Notes: generated by a model not told the origin, from the letters alone. A stretch of 43,364 nucleotides of DNA from a virus (IMGVR_UViG_3300028840_000561:1-43364), one strand, 5' to 3'; positions 18,815 through 29,521 are shown, counted from the stretch's first letter. Numbers and translations: made by a program.

Positions 18815-19887
18815 TGGGACTAGTTACTAGTTTATTTAACTTTGGCAAGGGATTTATCAACTACGAAAAGTTGAACGATAATTTTCAAGCACTGAAAAAT
18901 TCCATCGAGAATATTACTCACGAGCAGTTTACTGTTCCAGATGGTAAACGTTGGCAATTGGGTACTAAACTCATTGATGGGTCAGATGTACCGGCAGGTG
19001 CTTGGAGAGATGCTCAGGACTTAGACGTTCTAGTATCCAAGAAGTATCTCCAAGACCAAGTAGGTGCTGACATTGATGACAAGCTAGAAAGCAACACTAG
19101 GATTAATGAGTTAGACGGTGCTGCAGAAGTTGCTTATACAGACCCTGATGGTGGTACTCCATTAGCTCTTCAGTATACTGCTACAGATGCAGAGGAAACC
19201 TATACTATCAAGCAAGCAGAGATAGATAGGATGATGACATCTGATGAGCGAGATGCAATGGACAATGCAAACACTCCAGACGCTTCTAATCCTATTGCCA
19301 CTATGAACGATGTAACTGGTGGTGGTACTCAGGGTGCGGTACTTATAGAGACACTGGAACAAGCTGCAAGTACTAAGGCAGATAATGTTGACTTTGCTGC
19401 TGTACTTGATGGAGACAATGATGGTACATATCTCCTAGAGGGTGTTCTATCATGTGACCCTGCTGACTTGCCTGGAGCTAGTACAACTTCAGTCTTCCTT
19501 AGAGTTAACGGGGTTTCAATTGGAGAAGTCTTGGGATTGTTCTCTGTAGGTGGAGCATCTGGCAGCCATCAAGACGAACGCAGGATGGTATACCTTAAGA
19601 TATTCATCAATCCTCAAAGGTCAGCAGGTGGAAGTCATAACCCATACAGGATATGGGGTAGGTATCAAGAGATTGGAGTTGGTCAGAATACTGTTAGCAA
19701 CTATTACGAACAGATAACTCTTGGTGCTGCTACCGATGTTGACATTCTCTACATCAAGCCTAATCAGACATCCATTCCGTACAATGATAACATTGCTTCA
19801 TTGGGCGTATATGGTTTTGGTGGGGCTACAGGTAGAGACATCTATGGAAATGGCTCAAGGCTGAGCCTTTGGAAGCTTGTGAAATAA
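18814..19887 (+). CDS. putative tail fibre/tail protein
   Basis: N-terminal LNDNF anchor-like motif; follows nozzle gene. Confidence 0.5.
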   Translation: MGLVTSLFNFGKGFINYEKLNDNFQALKNSIENITHEQFTVPDGKRWQLGTKLIDGSDVPAGAWRDAQDLDVLVSKKYLQDQVGADIDDKLESNTRINELDGAAEVAYTDPDGGTPLALQYTATDAEETYTIKQAEIDRMMTSDERDAMDNANTPDASNPIATMNDVTGGGTQGAVLIETLEQAASTKADNVDFAAVLDGDNDGTYLLEGVLSCDPADLPGASTTSVFLRVNGVSIGEVLGLFSVGGASGSHQDERRMVYLKIFINPQRSAGGSHNPYRIWGRYQEIGVGQNTVSNYYEQITLGAATDVDILYIKPNQTSIPYNDNIASLGVYGFGGATGRDIYGNGSRLSLWKLVK

Positions 19888-20140
19888 TGGCTGACTACGA
19901 ACCTATCAATCCAGAGCAAGTTGAAGATATCAATGAGCTAGTAGGTACTCTCAATACTTTGCTCAAAGAGATGTTCTCAAGGCTAGACCTTAGACCTAAT
20001 GACCAAGGTAAGGCAGGTAACATGGATGCTGAGGTAGTTGAGATGCAGTAGTAAATGTTTATACTACTACATTGTCAGAGACACATCTTAACTTGGTTGC
20101 AGACCAAGATGATGTTACTATTAAACTTCTAGTATTCTAA
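19887..20140 (+). pseudogene. small tail protein apparently split by a frameshift at about 20042-20048
   Basis: frame 0 stops at 20051; the -1 frame 20042-20140 is open (DAVVNVY..VTIKLLVF) and ends at the next gene's SD. Confidence 0.55.
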
Positions 20141-20150
20141 GGAGAATGAC

Positions 20151-20831
20151 ATGGCTAAGCAGTCAGGTATTACAGCACCATCTCAAACCATGTCAAATAT
20201 ATCTGCCGGTACTGGTGTAGCAAGAGATATTGTTGGTATAGGTACTGGACTAGCTGATATGTTTGGTGCGTTTGGTGGTGATAAACTTGATGAACTGGGT
20301 CAAGCTCAAGCTCAGTCTATCAGGGAAGCTACAAGAAGGGCTAACATTCGTTCTGGTTTTGGAGAAGAACTTTATGGTAGCAGGGCAGCTCAGGTACTTG
20401 ACCCACTAGTGACACGTGGAACTGAGTCAGCAGACTATATCAATGAGCTTATCCGTGGTCGTCCGTTACCTAAGACGCTACAGCAAGCTACTGGTGGAGT
20501 CAGAGATTTGGCTCAGGAGATACTTGAGACTAGAAGGGCAGGTATGCGTCCTCAGAGATTCTCTGAGATAGAACGTGTAACCAGTGAAGTTCCTGGTGGT
20601 GCTCTCAGGACTCAGGCTGCAGGGAACTTACAGCGTGGCTTTGCTCAGACCGATGCTGAAGTTGCAGATGCTCTACTGCTTAAGCTGCTTGGTGAGGAAA
20701 GAGCATTTCAAGAAACTTCCCTTAGAGATATGCTTGCTCGTATACAGGGAAGTGGTGCAGGTGTACAAGCTGAGGGTGCAGGAAGAACTGCACTGATTAA
20801 CGCTCTCATTCAATCTGCAGGACTAGTGTAA
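20151..20831 (+). CDS. putative DNA ejection/internal virion protein
   Basis: AAGGAG SD; Gly/Ala/Gln-rich helical sequence; position before giant gene. Confidence 0.55.
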   Translation: MAKQSGITAPSQTMSNISAGTGVARDIVGIGTGLADMFGAFGGDKLDELGQAQAQSIREATRRANIRSGFGEELYGSRAAQVLDPLVTRGTESADYINELIRGRPLPKTLQQATGGVRDLAQEILETRRAGMRPQRFSEIERVTSEVPGGALRTQAAGNLQRGFAQTDAEVADALLLKLLGEERAFQETSLRDMLARIQGSGAGVQAEGAGRTALINALIQSAGLV

Positions 20832-20841
20832 GGAGGTCGCA

Positions 20842-22083
20842 ATGGCTAAGAAGAACGTAAGGCGCGGTCTTTTTACTATAATGAATGCGCTTAACAACTC
20901 ATCTAACACGTTTATGAAGTTAGCTGAGCTTGCTGCTAAGAAAGAAATGGCAGGACTTAGAGCATCTACCAAGTCTGCACAGGCTCAGGCTAAGCTTATC
21001 AACAAACGTTCCAAAGAGCTAGTTGATGAGATTGGTAATCTTCGTAAAGAATACAAGATATCTTCTGGTAGACTTAACGAAGCTATCAAGGCTGAATATG
21101 ATGGAAATGTAGATGAACTCAAGGCTGATATTGTTTCTAGTGGTTGGGAAGGTTTGGAGCCAAGAGTAAGGAATGCCTACAATGGTATGAGAGAGATTGT
21201 AAAGAAACTTTCTTTTGCCTACAATACTCTGCGTGTTACTGAGGAAGCTAATCGCAGGGCTGCAGGTAAGCTGCCAGAAGAAGTAGTCAATACTCTGCAG
21301 TTTCAGAAACTTGGTAACATAGCTGCTGGTATTAGGAACGAGGTTAGCAATGAAGGCTTTATCTTTACTGACAATGGTAGGGTAGAGGGGCCGATGCAGT
21401 TCTGGAATACTGCAGATGGTAAGGGTATGAAGAAGAGAGAGCTTATCTCTGCCGGTATAGATGATGAATCTATCATGTCTGCTTTCGACAAGGCTCAGAA
21501 CAAAATACCTAAAAGTCTTGTTAGTAAGAGTCCTGCAGCTACAACATTTTCTAGCACTCAGAGCAAGTCTAATCTTCCTTCTGATGTTGGTACTACTGCT
21601 ATACAGGAAGGTGATACTGGTGAGATACCTAAAGGTACAAGACCTGAAACTATAGCCGCACTTAAGGCAGCAGAGGAAGCAAGGGTTGGGCCTATTAAGC
21701 CAGTAGGTATATCCAAACCTATAGCTCCAGTAGGTAAGCAGCAAGCATTTGATAGACGCCTTGATACCCTTGCAGGTAAGGTTGCAGGTGAAGAAGAAGC
21801 TGCTGCTGATGAGTTGCTTAGAAGTGTTGGGGTTCAACTACCACACAAGTTCAAGTCTATGGCTGGAGCAGAAGGTGTTTCACCACCTACCGGACCAGTT
21901 AGGAGAGGTGCTGATGTTGAGTTGCAAAGTGGTACTGAGCGTCCACGTGATGTACTAGATTTTATACGTGGTATCCCTGGTTTTGTTGGTGGTATAGCAG
22001 AAGAGGAACGTCTTAGAAAGCAGCGTAGAGCTGAAAAGGAAGCTGCTTCAAGAAGAGCACTTGAGGAACTTTTAGGATTTTAA
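20842..22083 (+). CDS. putative DNA ejection/internal virion protein
   Basis: AAGGAGG SD; helical, low complexity. Confidence 0.55.
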   Translation: MAKKNVRRGLFTIMNALNNSSNTFMKLAELAAKKEMAGLRASTKSAQAQAKLINKRSKELVDEIGNLRKEYKISSGRLNEAIKAEYDGNVDELKADIVSSGWEGLEPRVRNAYNGMREIVKKLSFAYNTLRVTEEANRRAAGKLPEEVVNTLQFQKLGNIAAGIRNEVSNEGFIFTDNGRVEGPMQFWNTADGKGMKKRELISAGIDDESIMSAFDKAQNKIPKSLVSKSPAATTFSSTQSKSNLPSDVGTTAIQEGDTGEIPKGTRPETIAALKAAEEARVGPIKPVGISKPIAPVGKQQAFDRRLDTLAGKVAGEEEAAADELLRSVGVQLPHKFKSMAGAEGVSPPTGPVRRGADVELQSGTERPRDVLDFIRGIPGFVGGIAEEERLRKQRRAEKEAASRRALEELLGF

Positions 22084-22084
22084 T

Positions 22085-25000
22085 ATGCCTACACAGCTAG
22101 AGTTCTTTCAGAAAGACCTTCGCAATAGACTAATGACTTCCAAGACAGCAGAGCTATCTCCTGCAGAGGTAGATAGTATTGTTCGTTCTGAGTCAAGGAA
22201 GTTCTTCAATGAGCAAACTGGTGAGAGGATTCGCCAGAAAAAACAACAGGCTGAAATTTCCTCTCAGCTACTTGCTGATATTGATACTCCCGAACCCGCT
22301 GCTCGCACACCCATTCCAACTTCTGACAAGATACTACCGGAAGTAGGTGCATTAGAAGCAGGAGGTAGGAGATTTGCAGAGGCTGTAGGACTAGCAGGTG
22401 CAGGAGTTAATCAGTTGCTAGGTCTTGAAGAGAATGCTGAGACTCTGCGTAAGTGGTCAGAAGCTTTTGCTAGACCAGCTACTAGGTTTCAACCAGATGT
22501 AGGCAGGATAGAAGATGTGCAGAACTTGGAAGACTTCGGTGCTTTCGTAAAAGACATGTTCTTGCAGTCAGTACCTGACTTAGCTGCAGGTTTGGGTGGT
22601 GCTCTAGCAGGTACAGCTCTCACTGGTACTCCTGTCGGTGGTGCTCTACTTGGTGGAGCTGCTGTACTTCCTGCCTTTGCCGGTCGCAATATTCAGAGAC
22701 AAATGCAGGAGCAAGGTGTGAAGCTGAGAGATGCTAACATAGCCCTTGCTGCAGGTGCTGCAGTACCTCAAGCTGCTCTTGATTCACTTCTTAACGTGTT
22801 CTTTGCAGGGAAGATATTTGGTCCTGCACTCAAAACTGCTAAGGGTGCTATAGGCAGAACTCTTGTAACTATGCTTGAAGGTGCAGCTACTGAAACTCTT
22901 ACAGAGACAGCTCAGCAAGCTATTGAAATAGGTCAGGCTGCTCCTGAGAAACTGTTTGAGATGTCACCAGAGATACAGAGCGAGCTTCTCAATGCTGCTG
23001 TAGGTGGTGGTATACTTGGCGGTTTGGTAGGTGCAGGTGCTCAGGTAGGTCAAGAACTGAGAGGCGTTGAGCCTACTCCTACACCAGAACCTACACCGGA
23101 ACCTGTAGCAGAACCTGCTGCTGTACCTAGAATACCAGAGGATGTGTTTGCGGAAAGAGGTAGGGTTATTCCTGCAGGATTTACTGAAGAGCCAGGAGCT
23201 GCTCCCACTACTGAACCTGTAGGCATAGAAGAACTACAAACTGTGCTTGAACGTACTAAAGCTCCTGCTGACAAAGCTGAGCTAGAAAAAATTCCTACTG
23301 TTGGCTTGCAGGGTATGCTTAGAACTTTCTCTAATAGATTAGACCAAGGTAAGCTGACTGAGGTAGGTAGGAAGAATCTTAATACTATAGCTTCCATTCT
23401 TCGTGAACGTGCTGGCAAGGAAGGTGTGGAGGGTAAGGTTAAGGTAAAAGAGAAGGAGCCTAAGAAGGTTACTCCAGAAACTAAGGAAGCTCTGCGTAAG
23501 GAGCGTGAACGTAAGGCTCAGTTCAAAGTCAAGAAGGACTTGCAGGATGAAGTAGCTAAGTTTGAAACTGAAAAGGATAAGAATGTAGACCGTCTTAAGA
23601 TGGTAAATGATAGGCTTAAGAAGTCTGCACAACTACTTAAATCTCCAGAGATTTCTACTGAGAGAAAGGCTGAGATTCGTGAAGGGGTTAAAGACCTTAA
23701 GGCTGAAAAGAAGAGGCTCCTTGCTAGAAATAAGGATATTGCTAGACTGCTCAAGAAAAGGAAAGAGAAGATTAAGCAGGTTGGCAAGCCTTCTATTCCC
23801 AAGAAGAAAGCCAAGGAGAAGTTTGAGCAGATACTCAAGCGTGGCAGGGAGATACAGGCAAAGAAGGATGCACCAATAAAGGCTAAGAAGAAAGCTAAGA
23901 AGTTGGCTGATGAGGTGGAGTCTTTGCTTAAGAAACGTGAAGGCTTAGCTGATGAGCAAAGTTCACTTGTAAGCGAGATGAGCTACACTAAAGAAGACCA
24001 TCCAGAATATATAAGGGCAAAGAAAAGACTAAAAAGTGTAGAGAAACTTCTTAAGAAAGTTGACAAGAAGCTCTCTGCCTTGTCCAAAGAGATGCTTGAG
24101 GTAAGAGCAGAACTTAAGCCTAAGCCTAAAGTTAAGAGAGCTAAGCCATTTAGTAGATTGGAAGGATTTACCAAAATTGAAAGGGCTATGCTTCCTAAAC
24201 TAGTTAGGTCTTTAGCTGCAAGCATAGAGAGTAGGATGAAGGAAGAAGGTAGGCATGGAGACCTTACCACCTCCGGATTGGTGCTTAGTGAATACATAAA
24301 CTCTTTTGGGCTTGTTCATCCTATTACTGGTAAGCCAATAGGACGCTTAACTCTTAAAAATTTAGTAGAGTCTACGCTAGATAAGATGGCTCTCAATGGT
24401 CTTATCTCTGTTGCACGTGGTAAGCTTGGTAAGAGAACAATTGTTTCTCTATACACTATCTCAAATAAGATAGATGCTAATCTTGAAGAGCATATAGTTG
24501 ATAAGGATACCCATGCTCTTTGGGATATTAATAGCAATGAGATTGCTATAGATAGCAAGAGGTTCAAGTCTCAAGGAAAAAAAGTTTCTATAGCAAGTGA
24601 AATCGCTGCATTCAGAAAGGAAGCTATTACTGAGCTTGGAAGGAAGGAGTATGATAGAAGGATAAGGGTATGGAAGAACATGGGAAGGATTTTCAAGAGA
24701 AGGGTTGTACTGGCTTTTGGTCCTAAGTTGTTACTGGCTAATGGATACTTTAACTTTCGTAGTCCATCTGTTATCTATGTATCTCCACAGGCATTTCTTA
24801 GCAATACCCATTATATGACCACACTCATACACGAGTATGTTCATACTATGGCTCACTTCAATCCTAGTCTCTGGTCAGACTTGATTAAGCAGCTCAGAAC
24901 TATGGCTAGGTTTGATGACTGGAGAACTGAATATAATGAACACTCTACGATGCCTCAGGATACTCTTGGTGCTGAAGAAGAAATGGTGGCTCACTTCATA

Positions 25001-28000
25001 GATAAGTATGCACTTACCCATGACTTCTGGAATGAACTTGCTAACGATAATCCTTCATTGTTCAGAAGGTTTGTACGTTCTATCTTCAAGTTCCTTCAAA
25101 GGCTGCCAATTGTTAGGAACGAAAGATGGCGTCAGGTAGATGACTGGGTAGATAACATTGATGCTTTCAAGGCTGCAATTATGGAGGCTATCAAGACTAG
25201 TATAGGTACTGTAGAGGGTGTAACAGGTCCACGTTCTATACGTAGTGGCATACATCTAGATGTTATAGAGAACGCAGCTAATCCTTCTGTTGGTATCAAG
25301 AACATTATAGCAGCAGGTGGTTCTCCTGTAGCATTAAGGAATAACATTAAGAAACTGTACGACATAGATATTCCACTCTCTGATATATCTAACATGAAGA
25401 AGGACTTGAAGAAGGGCAAGACTATTCAGCTCTCTCCATATCTTCTTGATAGTGCAGCTAAGAAAGCCAAGGAAGTCGCCAAGCCTACAGAGGGTGACAT
25501 TGATGAGAACCTTGAAGCAGAACAGGTAGATGTCAAGCCTGACGACCTCAATGATATTATGGGTAGGAGTGAAGGTGTCAAGGAAAAGGCTGTCGATAAA
25601 GTTAGTGGGCTATGGGAGAAGTTCAAGGACATGGTAGCTAGTATAGACTTGGCTCATAACTTCCTTCTTCGCAGGGATGATACTAGACCTATCATTGAGC
25701 GTGTAACAGAAACTTTTATGAAGCAGCTTAAGACTACCAAGAAGATTGATGACATGTACGATGATGCAATTAAGCCAAGCAACCCTAAGTTACTTGGTAA
25801 GATTCTTGTAGAGAGTGAGGGCAAGGATGTAGATGTTGCCAAAGTTATTGAAGCCCAGATAGATAAGGGTAAGATGACTGAGAAAGACCTTGATGCTTAC
25901 ATGGCTATCAAGGCTATAAACCAGGAGATAAAAAACCAGTACATTAATGAGCTTATCCGTTCTCGTTCTGGCTCAAGAGTGCGTGAGGTTGGTAGGCGAT
26001 ACCTAGTCAAGTATGTTAATGCCAAGGGCAAGGTAGTTCAAGGATGGTTTACTGAGAAAAGAATGCCTGAGCTTTCAAGGCGTAGCAACTTTACTATCCT
26101 GGATACCAAAACCAAGTATATGATTACCGGAAAGAATCTTAGAACTGGTAAGAATATTACTGAGCCTATCTTTGTTGACTCAATAGAGGAAGCAAAGAAG
26201 TATGCAGAGAGAGTTAATGAAAAGCTAATTGATGAAATTCTTGCTGTCAAGAACTGGATTTCTCATGCACGTAGAAAGGGTAAGTACTGGGTAAATATAA
26301 TGAGGGAAGGTACTGAGAAAAACAAGAGACATCCTATCTTTTCAGCTAGAGTTGAGACTAGAGCGCATGCTGAGTCAGTTAAGAAGCAGCTAATGGCTAA
26401 GGGTTTCAATGCAAACGATGTTGAAATCAAGTTGCATGACAAAACTAAGAAGTTTGTTTCTCCAATGTCTTCACTCATGGATACAGTAGCAGCTATGGAA
26501 GCCTACGGTATAGATTCTGATAGTGCAGAGGGGCAAAAGATGATTGAAGCCTACCGTTCTATGTCTACTCTGTACTCTTCCATGATTAGAAGAAAAGAGA
26601 TTCCTGGTTGGGATACTGACTACAAATCTATCTTGCAGAATGTCTACGAGATAGCATCTGCAGGTGCAAGAAGGGAGTTTAGGAATAACATTAAGGACGT
26701 TAGGTTTCAGTATGTTGACAAAGGTAAGCTTGAGTCTGGTACTGGAAAGGAAGTTTTATCTGATTATCTTTCTGCTCTTAGTGAGCCTGATGCTCCTCTC
26801 AACAATCAGATAAACAGGGTGCTTGACTCTGCTAAAGCTTGGACTTACTTTACTCTGCTTGCTAACAAGTCTACGTATGTTATCCAGAATATCACTGAAC
26901 CTATGTGGGCTATGTTAAGGATACCAATTAGTAAGCTCAAAGCCCCATCCAAGCTTCTTAGTCCTACTCCTAAAGCATGGGGTAACTTGCATAACAGGGC
27001 TAAGGATGAGGGCTTGCTTAGAGACTTGTTTGCTGCTGAGTTTGCCAAGACTTCTTCTGCTCTCAGAAAGCTAGACTTTTTAGGCAGAGCATCTGAACGT
27101 GCTAGTTCTCACATGGTTTTCAGTATAGGTTTGCAAGCTGCCAATGCTGAGAACATACATGCCAAGACTATGCAAGAGTTCAGAGATGGCAACCTGTTTG
27201 ATGAGGAAGGTAACAAGGTTACTGATACTAAGAGAGCAGAGGAAATATCTGCAGACAGGGCTTATAACTTTGCTGCTCAGTTCCTGCTTAATACTGGTAA
27301 GCCTTTCTACCATCAGGCTAATGCACCTATCTTTGCTCTCAAGTCTAAACTGGTAAGACGCTATGGCTTTCTGCTTACACGTTGGATGTGGGATTGGTAT
27401 TCTAAACTGTTCGGTGCATCAAAGATGGCTACCATTGGCAACCTAGCTAAGATGGGAACAGCATGGGTATTACTTGCAGGCGTAGCTAATGTTCCATTCG
27501 GTGAGGACTTGCTTAAGAAGACTAAGTTCAAGCGTAAGTTATTCAGAAATCCTAAGCGACTTAGCATGATGGACAGAATGCTTATCGGTGGCATAGGTGG
27601 ACTGATGGGGATAGACACTAGGTTTCTAATTCCTGCTGTTACTGCTAGAGGTGCTGCTGAGTTGGCAGGTATGAACCGTGCGTTTGGCATACTCTACTCC
27701 AAGGCTAAGCAAGCAGAGAGTGACTCCAAGAAGTATGGTATGTATGGTCTGGTTGGCAACCTACCATTAGCAGGTGGTCAGCATCTTATCAAGGGTTATC
27801 ACCAATCACAGAGAGGCATAGTACAGCTAAGAGGTGGTAGGGCTAGAACTATATTCAGACCAGATGATACGGATAAAGTTCTGGTTACTCTTGGCATACC
27901 TCTGACTGGTGTATCTCGTACTTACAGGAAGCGTAACTCTAGGATAAATGACTCTGTGTGGAAGGGTAGACGCAGAGCATGGAAAAAGATAAAGCGTAAC

Positions 28001-28018
28001 ATTAAAGACCTGTTCTAA
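22085..28018 (+). CDS. giant internal virion (polyvalent-type) protein with zincin-like motif
   Basis: 1977 aa; Gly/Ala hydrophobic N-region, Lys-rich coiled coil, TLIHEYVH..EEEMVA motif. Confidence 0.7.
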   Translation: MPTQLEFFQKDLRNRLMTSKTAELSPAEVDSIVRSESRKFFNEQTGERIRQKKQQAEISSQLLADIDTPEPAARTPIPTSDKILPEVGALEAGGRRFAEAVGLAGAGVNQLLGLEENAETLRKWSEAFARPATRFQPDVGRIEDVQNLEDFGAFVKDMFLQSVPDLAAGLGGALAGTALTGTPVGGALLGGAAVLPAFAGRNIQRQMQEQGVKLRDANIALAAGAAVPQAALDSLLNVFFAGKIFGPALKTAKGAIGRTLVTMLEGAATETLTETAQQAIEIGQAAPEKLFEMSPEIQSELLNAAVGGGILGGLVGAGAQVGQELRGVEPTPTPEPTPEPVAEPAAVPRIPEDVFAERGRVIPAGFTEEPGAAPTTEPVGIEELQTVLERTKAPADKAELEKIPTVGLQGMLRTFSNRLDQGKLTEVGRKNLNTIASILRERAGKEGVEGKVKVKEKEPKKVTPETKEALRKERERKAQFKVKKDLQDEVAKFETEKDKNVDRLKMVNDRLKKSAQLLKSPEISTERKAEIREGVKDLKAEKKRLLARNKDIARLLKKRKEKIKQVGKPSIPKKKAKEKFEQILKRGREIQAKKDAPIKAKKKAKKLADEVESLLKKREGLADEQSSLVSEMSYTKEDHPEYIRAKKRLKSVEKLLKKVDKKLSALSKEMLEVRAELKPKPKVKRAKPFSRLEGFTKIERAMLPKLVRSLAASIESRMKEEGRHGDLTTSGLVLSEYINSFGLVHPITGKPIGRLTLKNLVESTLDKMALNGLISVARGKLGKRTIVSLYTISNKIDANLEEHIVDKDTHALWDINSNEIAIDSKRFKSQGKKVSIASEIAAFRKEAITELGRKEYDRRIRVWKNMGRIFKRRVVLAFGPKLLLANGYFNFRSPSVIYVSPQAFLSNTHYMTTLIHEYVHTMAHFNPSLWSDLIKQLRTMARFDDWRTEYNEHSTMPQDTLGAEEEMVAHFIDKYALTHDFWNELANDNPSLFRRFVRSIFKFLQRLPIVRNERWRQVDDWVDNIDAFKAAIMEAIKTSIGTVEGVTGPRSIRSGIHLDVIENAANPSVGIKNIIAAGGSPVALRNNIKKLYDIDIPLSDISNMKKDLKKGKTIQLSPYLLDSAAKKAKEVAKPTEGDIDENLEAEQVDVKPDDLNDIMGRSEGVKEKAVDKVSGLWEKFKDMVASIDLAHNFLLRRDDTRPIIERVTETFMKQLKTTKKIDDMYDDAIKPSNPKLLGKILVESEGKDVDVAKVIEAQIDKGKMTEKDLDAYMAIKAINQEIKNQYINELIRSRSGSRVREVGRRYLVKYVNAKGKVVQGWFTEKRMPELSRRSNFTILDTKTKYMITGKNLRTGKNITEPIFVDSIEEAKKYAERVNEKLIDEILAVKNWISHARRKGKYWVNIMREGTEKNKRHPIFSARVETRAHAESVKKQLMAKGFNANDVEIKLHDKTKKFVSPMSSLMDTVAAMEAYGIDSDSAEGQKMIEAYRSMSTLYSSMIRRKEIPGWDTDYKSILQNVYEIASAGARREFRNNIKDVRFQYVDKGKLESGTGKEVLSDYLSALSEPDAPLNNQINRVLDSAKAWTYFTLLANKSTYVIQNITEPMWAMLRIPISKLKAPSKLLSPTPKAWGNLHNRAKDEGLLRDLFAAEFAKTSSALRKLDFLGRASERASSHMVFSIGLQAANAENIHAKTMQEFRDGNLFDEEGNKVTDTKRAEEISADRAYNFAAQFLLNTGKPFYHQANAPIFALKSKLVRRYGFLLTRWMWDWYSKLFGASKMATIGNLAKMGTAWVLLAGVANVPFGEDLLKKTKFKRKLFRNPKRLSMMDRMLIGGIGGLMGIDTRFLIPAVTARGAAELAGMNRAFGILYSKAKQAESDSKKYGMYGLVGNLPLAGGQHLIKGYHQSQRGIVQLRGGRARTIFRPDDTDKVLVTLGIPLTGVSRTYRKRNSRINDSVWKGRRRAWKKIKRNIKDLF

Positions 28019-28028
28019 GGAGATTGTC

Positions 28029-28178
28029 ATGGCTAAATCTTGCAAGGGTAGACATAAGTTAACAAGAAAGAAAGCCAGGAAGATGCTTAGGGATGGAGAG
28101 GTTCACGGAGAGAAGCTTACTAAGAAGCAGCGTGGACTATTCGGTGCTATAGCATCGGGAACAGCGAGGACTAGATGA
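28029..28178 (+). CDS. small basic protein (49 aa, not in ORF track)
   Basis: AAGGAG SD; MAKSCKGRHKLTRKKARKMLRDGEVHGEKLTKKQRGLFGAIASG; ATGA coupling. Confidence 0.7.
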   Translation: MAKSCKGRHKLTRKKARKMLRDGEVHGEKLTKKQRGLFGAIASGTARTR

Positions 28179-28432
28179 GGTTTTTGTTGTTAACGCCAGA
28201 GAAAGAGGGTATCGCTGACCTTGTTCTGCGTCACGCAGACAGGAAGGACGATAACTTCGTGATAGACAGGCTCAGCATGGTATACCCTAGCGGTTTCAAG
28301 CTGAGGGAAGTATCTTGCAATACATGCTGCAGTGTAGCAGTCCTTGTAGCTCCCAAGAGTCAGCAGATTCCAATGGCTCTTGAGTGTATGGACTGTGGTG
28401 AGATGTCTACCAAAGAGGTGAAGAGTGTATGA
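28175..28432 (+). CDS. zinc-ribbon protein
   Basis: CNTC..CMDC. Confidence 0.65.
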   Translation: MRFLLLTPEKEGIADLVLRHADRKDDNFVIDRLSMVYPSGFKLREVSCNTCCSVAVLVAPKSQQIPMALECMDCGEMSTKEVKSV

Positions 28433-29009
28433 TGGTTTACTTGTTTGCCCTGGGCCTTCCATGACCTCCGACTTGGAAAGGTTCAGAGAGTACAATGGGG
28501 TAGTATGCGTTGTCAACTTTCACGTACTGAAGAAGACGAAGTTTGAGCGACCATACTACCTCATTTCTCTTGATACACCTTATTGGGCTTGGGGATTTCT
28601 TAAGCAGCATGCAGACTACGATAATATTACCTTAGTATGTCAGCAACCTACCAACCAATACCACTGGACATGGGATTATGAAGGGAAGAAGCTCTACTTT
28701 GCTGTCAACAAGAAGCTGAATAGAGAGCATAGGCTAAGCCCTGACTTATTTCCTCACCTACTCAACAAGGGTCAGACAGTTTGGACCGGCCTACACTTCC
28801 TAATTACCCAAGGCTGCAGAACTATCTTCTGTGCAGGTTTCAACAACAAGCCCTATGAAGATGGCTCTCATTATGGAGGTGGTGGTAGTAGTGTAGAGAT
28901 ATCCTACAAGCATGCAGTACAGCATTGGGATAATCTCATCTTTCCAGAACTACAGAGACTGAACATAACTTTCCACTCTGATAGGTTCAACCATTCCGCA
29001 GCTCAGTAA
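28425..29009 (+). CDS. DUF115/Maf-like (sialyltransferase-fold) protein, paralogue 2
   Basis: VCPGPSM, VCVVN, SLD, TVWTGLHFLITQGCRTIFCAGFN..HY. Confidence 0.6.
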   Translation: MYDGLLVCPGPSMTSDLERFREYNGVVCVVNFHVLKKTKFERPYYLISLDTPYWAWGFLKQHADYDNITLVCQQPTNQYHWTWDYEGKKLYFAVNKKLNREHRLSPDLFPHLLNKGQTVWTGLHFLITQGCRTIFCAGFNNKPYEDGSHYGGGGSSVEISYKHAVQHWDNLIFPELQRLNITFHSDRFNHSAAQ

Positions 29010-29331
29010 GCTTACCACAAATATTACATTCATACCTAATCTTACCATCGTCAGCTATAACCTCTTTAACAGTTCTTGCGGTGCTACACCTACAGTCTCC
29101 TAACCTAACTTCCTTAGTCTCTTCGTTAGGGTCTACTGGCATAGCCTTATCAGCGTATGAGTGTAGAACTTCCTTCTGTGCATCACAGAACATAGAGAAT
29201 TGCTTGTTAACGAAAGCCATGTTCTCTGCTACTTGTTCATTCCTGTCTCTCATCTCTCTCCATGCAAACATAGTTCCCACTACATAGCCTACTCCAATAC
29301 CAAACAGTATACCACAAGCTAGTTCAATCAT
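28987..29331 (-). CDS. membrane-anchored zinc-ribbon protein
   Basis: N-terminal TM; CRC..CNIC. Confidence 0.65.
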   Translation of the reverse strand: MIELACGILFGIGVGYVVGTMFAWREMRDRNEQVAENMAFVNKQFSMFCDAQKEVLHSYADKAMPVDPNEETKEVRLGDCRCSTARTVKEVIADDGKIRYECNICGKLTELRNG

Positions 29332-29521
29332 CAGTCTTCTCCTTGTGCTTTAGCAAAAACTCTCCCGCATTGCAAAGAGTGCCGGTTCTAACCATCTTTC
29401 TAATCAACTCAACTGCCTCCTTCAGTGCAGCTTCCTTAGCCAGCAGCTCCTTGTATTGCTTAGGTGCAAGCTGATTGTTATTGATTTCTGCAACAATTTC
29501 TGCAAGTGTCATTTCTTCCAT
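29324..29521 (-). CDS. hypothetical protein
   Basis: coupled ORF. Confidence 0.55.
   Translation of the reverse strand: MEEMTLAEIVAEINNNQLAPKQYKELLAKEAALKEAVELIRKMVRTGTLCNAGEFLLKHKEKTDD

Noticed and set aside
14650-19887. Diversity-generating retroelement acting on tail genes
   Set aside because: No reverse transcriptase motif and no TR/VR pair noticed
20049-20054. Stop-codon reassignment (TAG read-through)
   Set aside because: TAG is immediately followed by TAA, and long genes are intact under the standard code
21019-21837. 272-aa antisense ORF and many other antisense ORFs in the track
   Set aside because: They lie opposite well-supported genes, lack SDs and reflect codon-bias shadows
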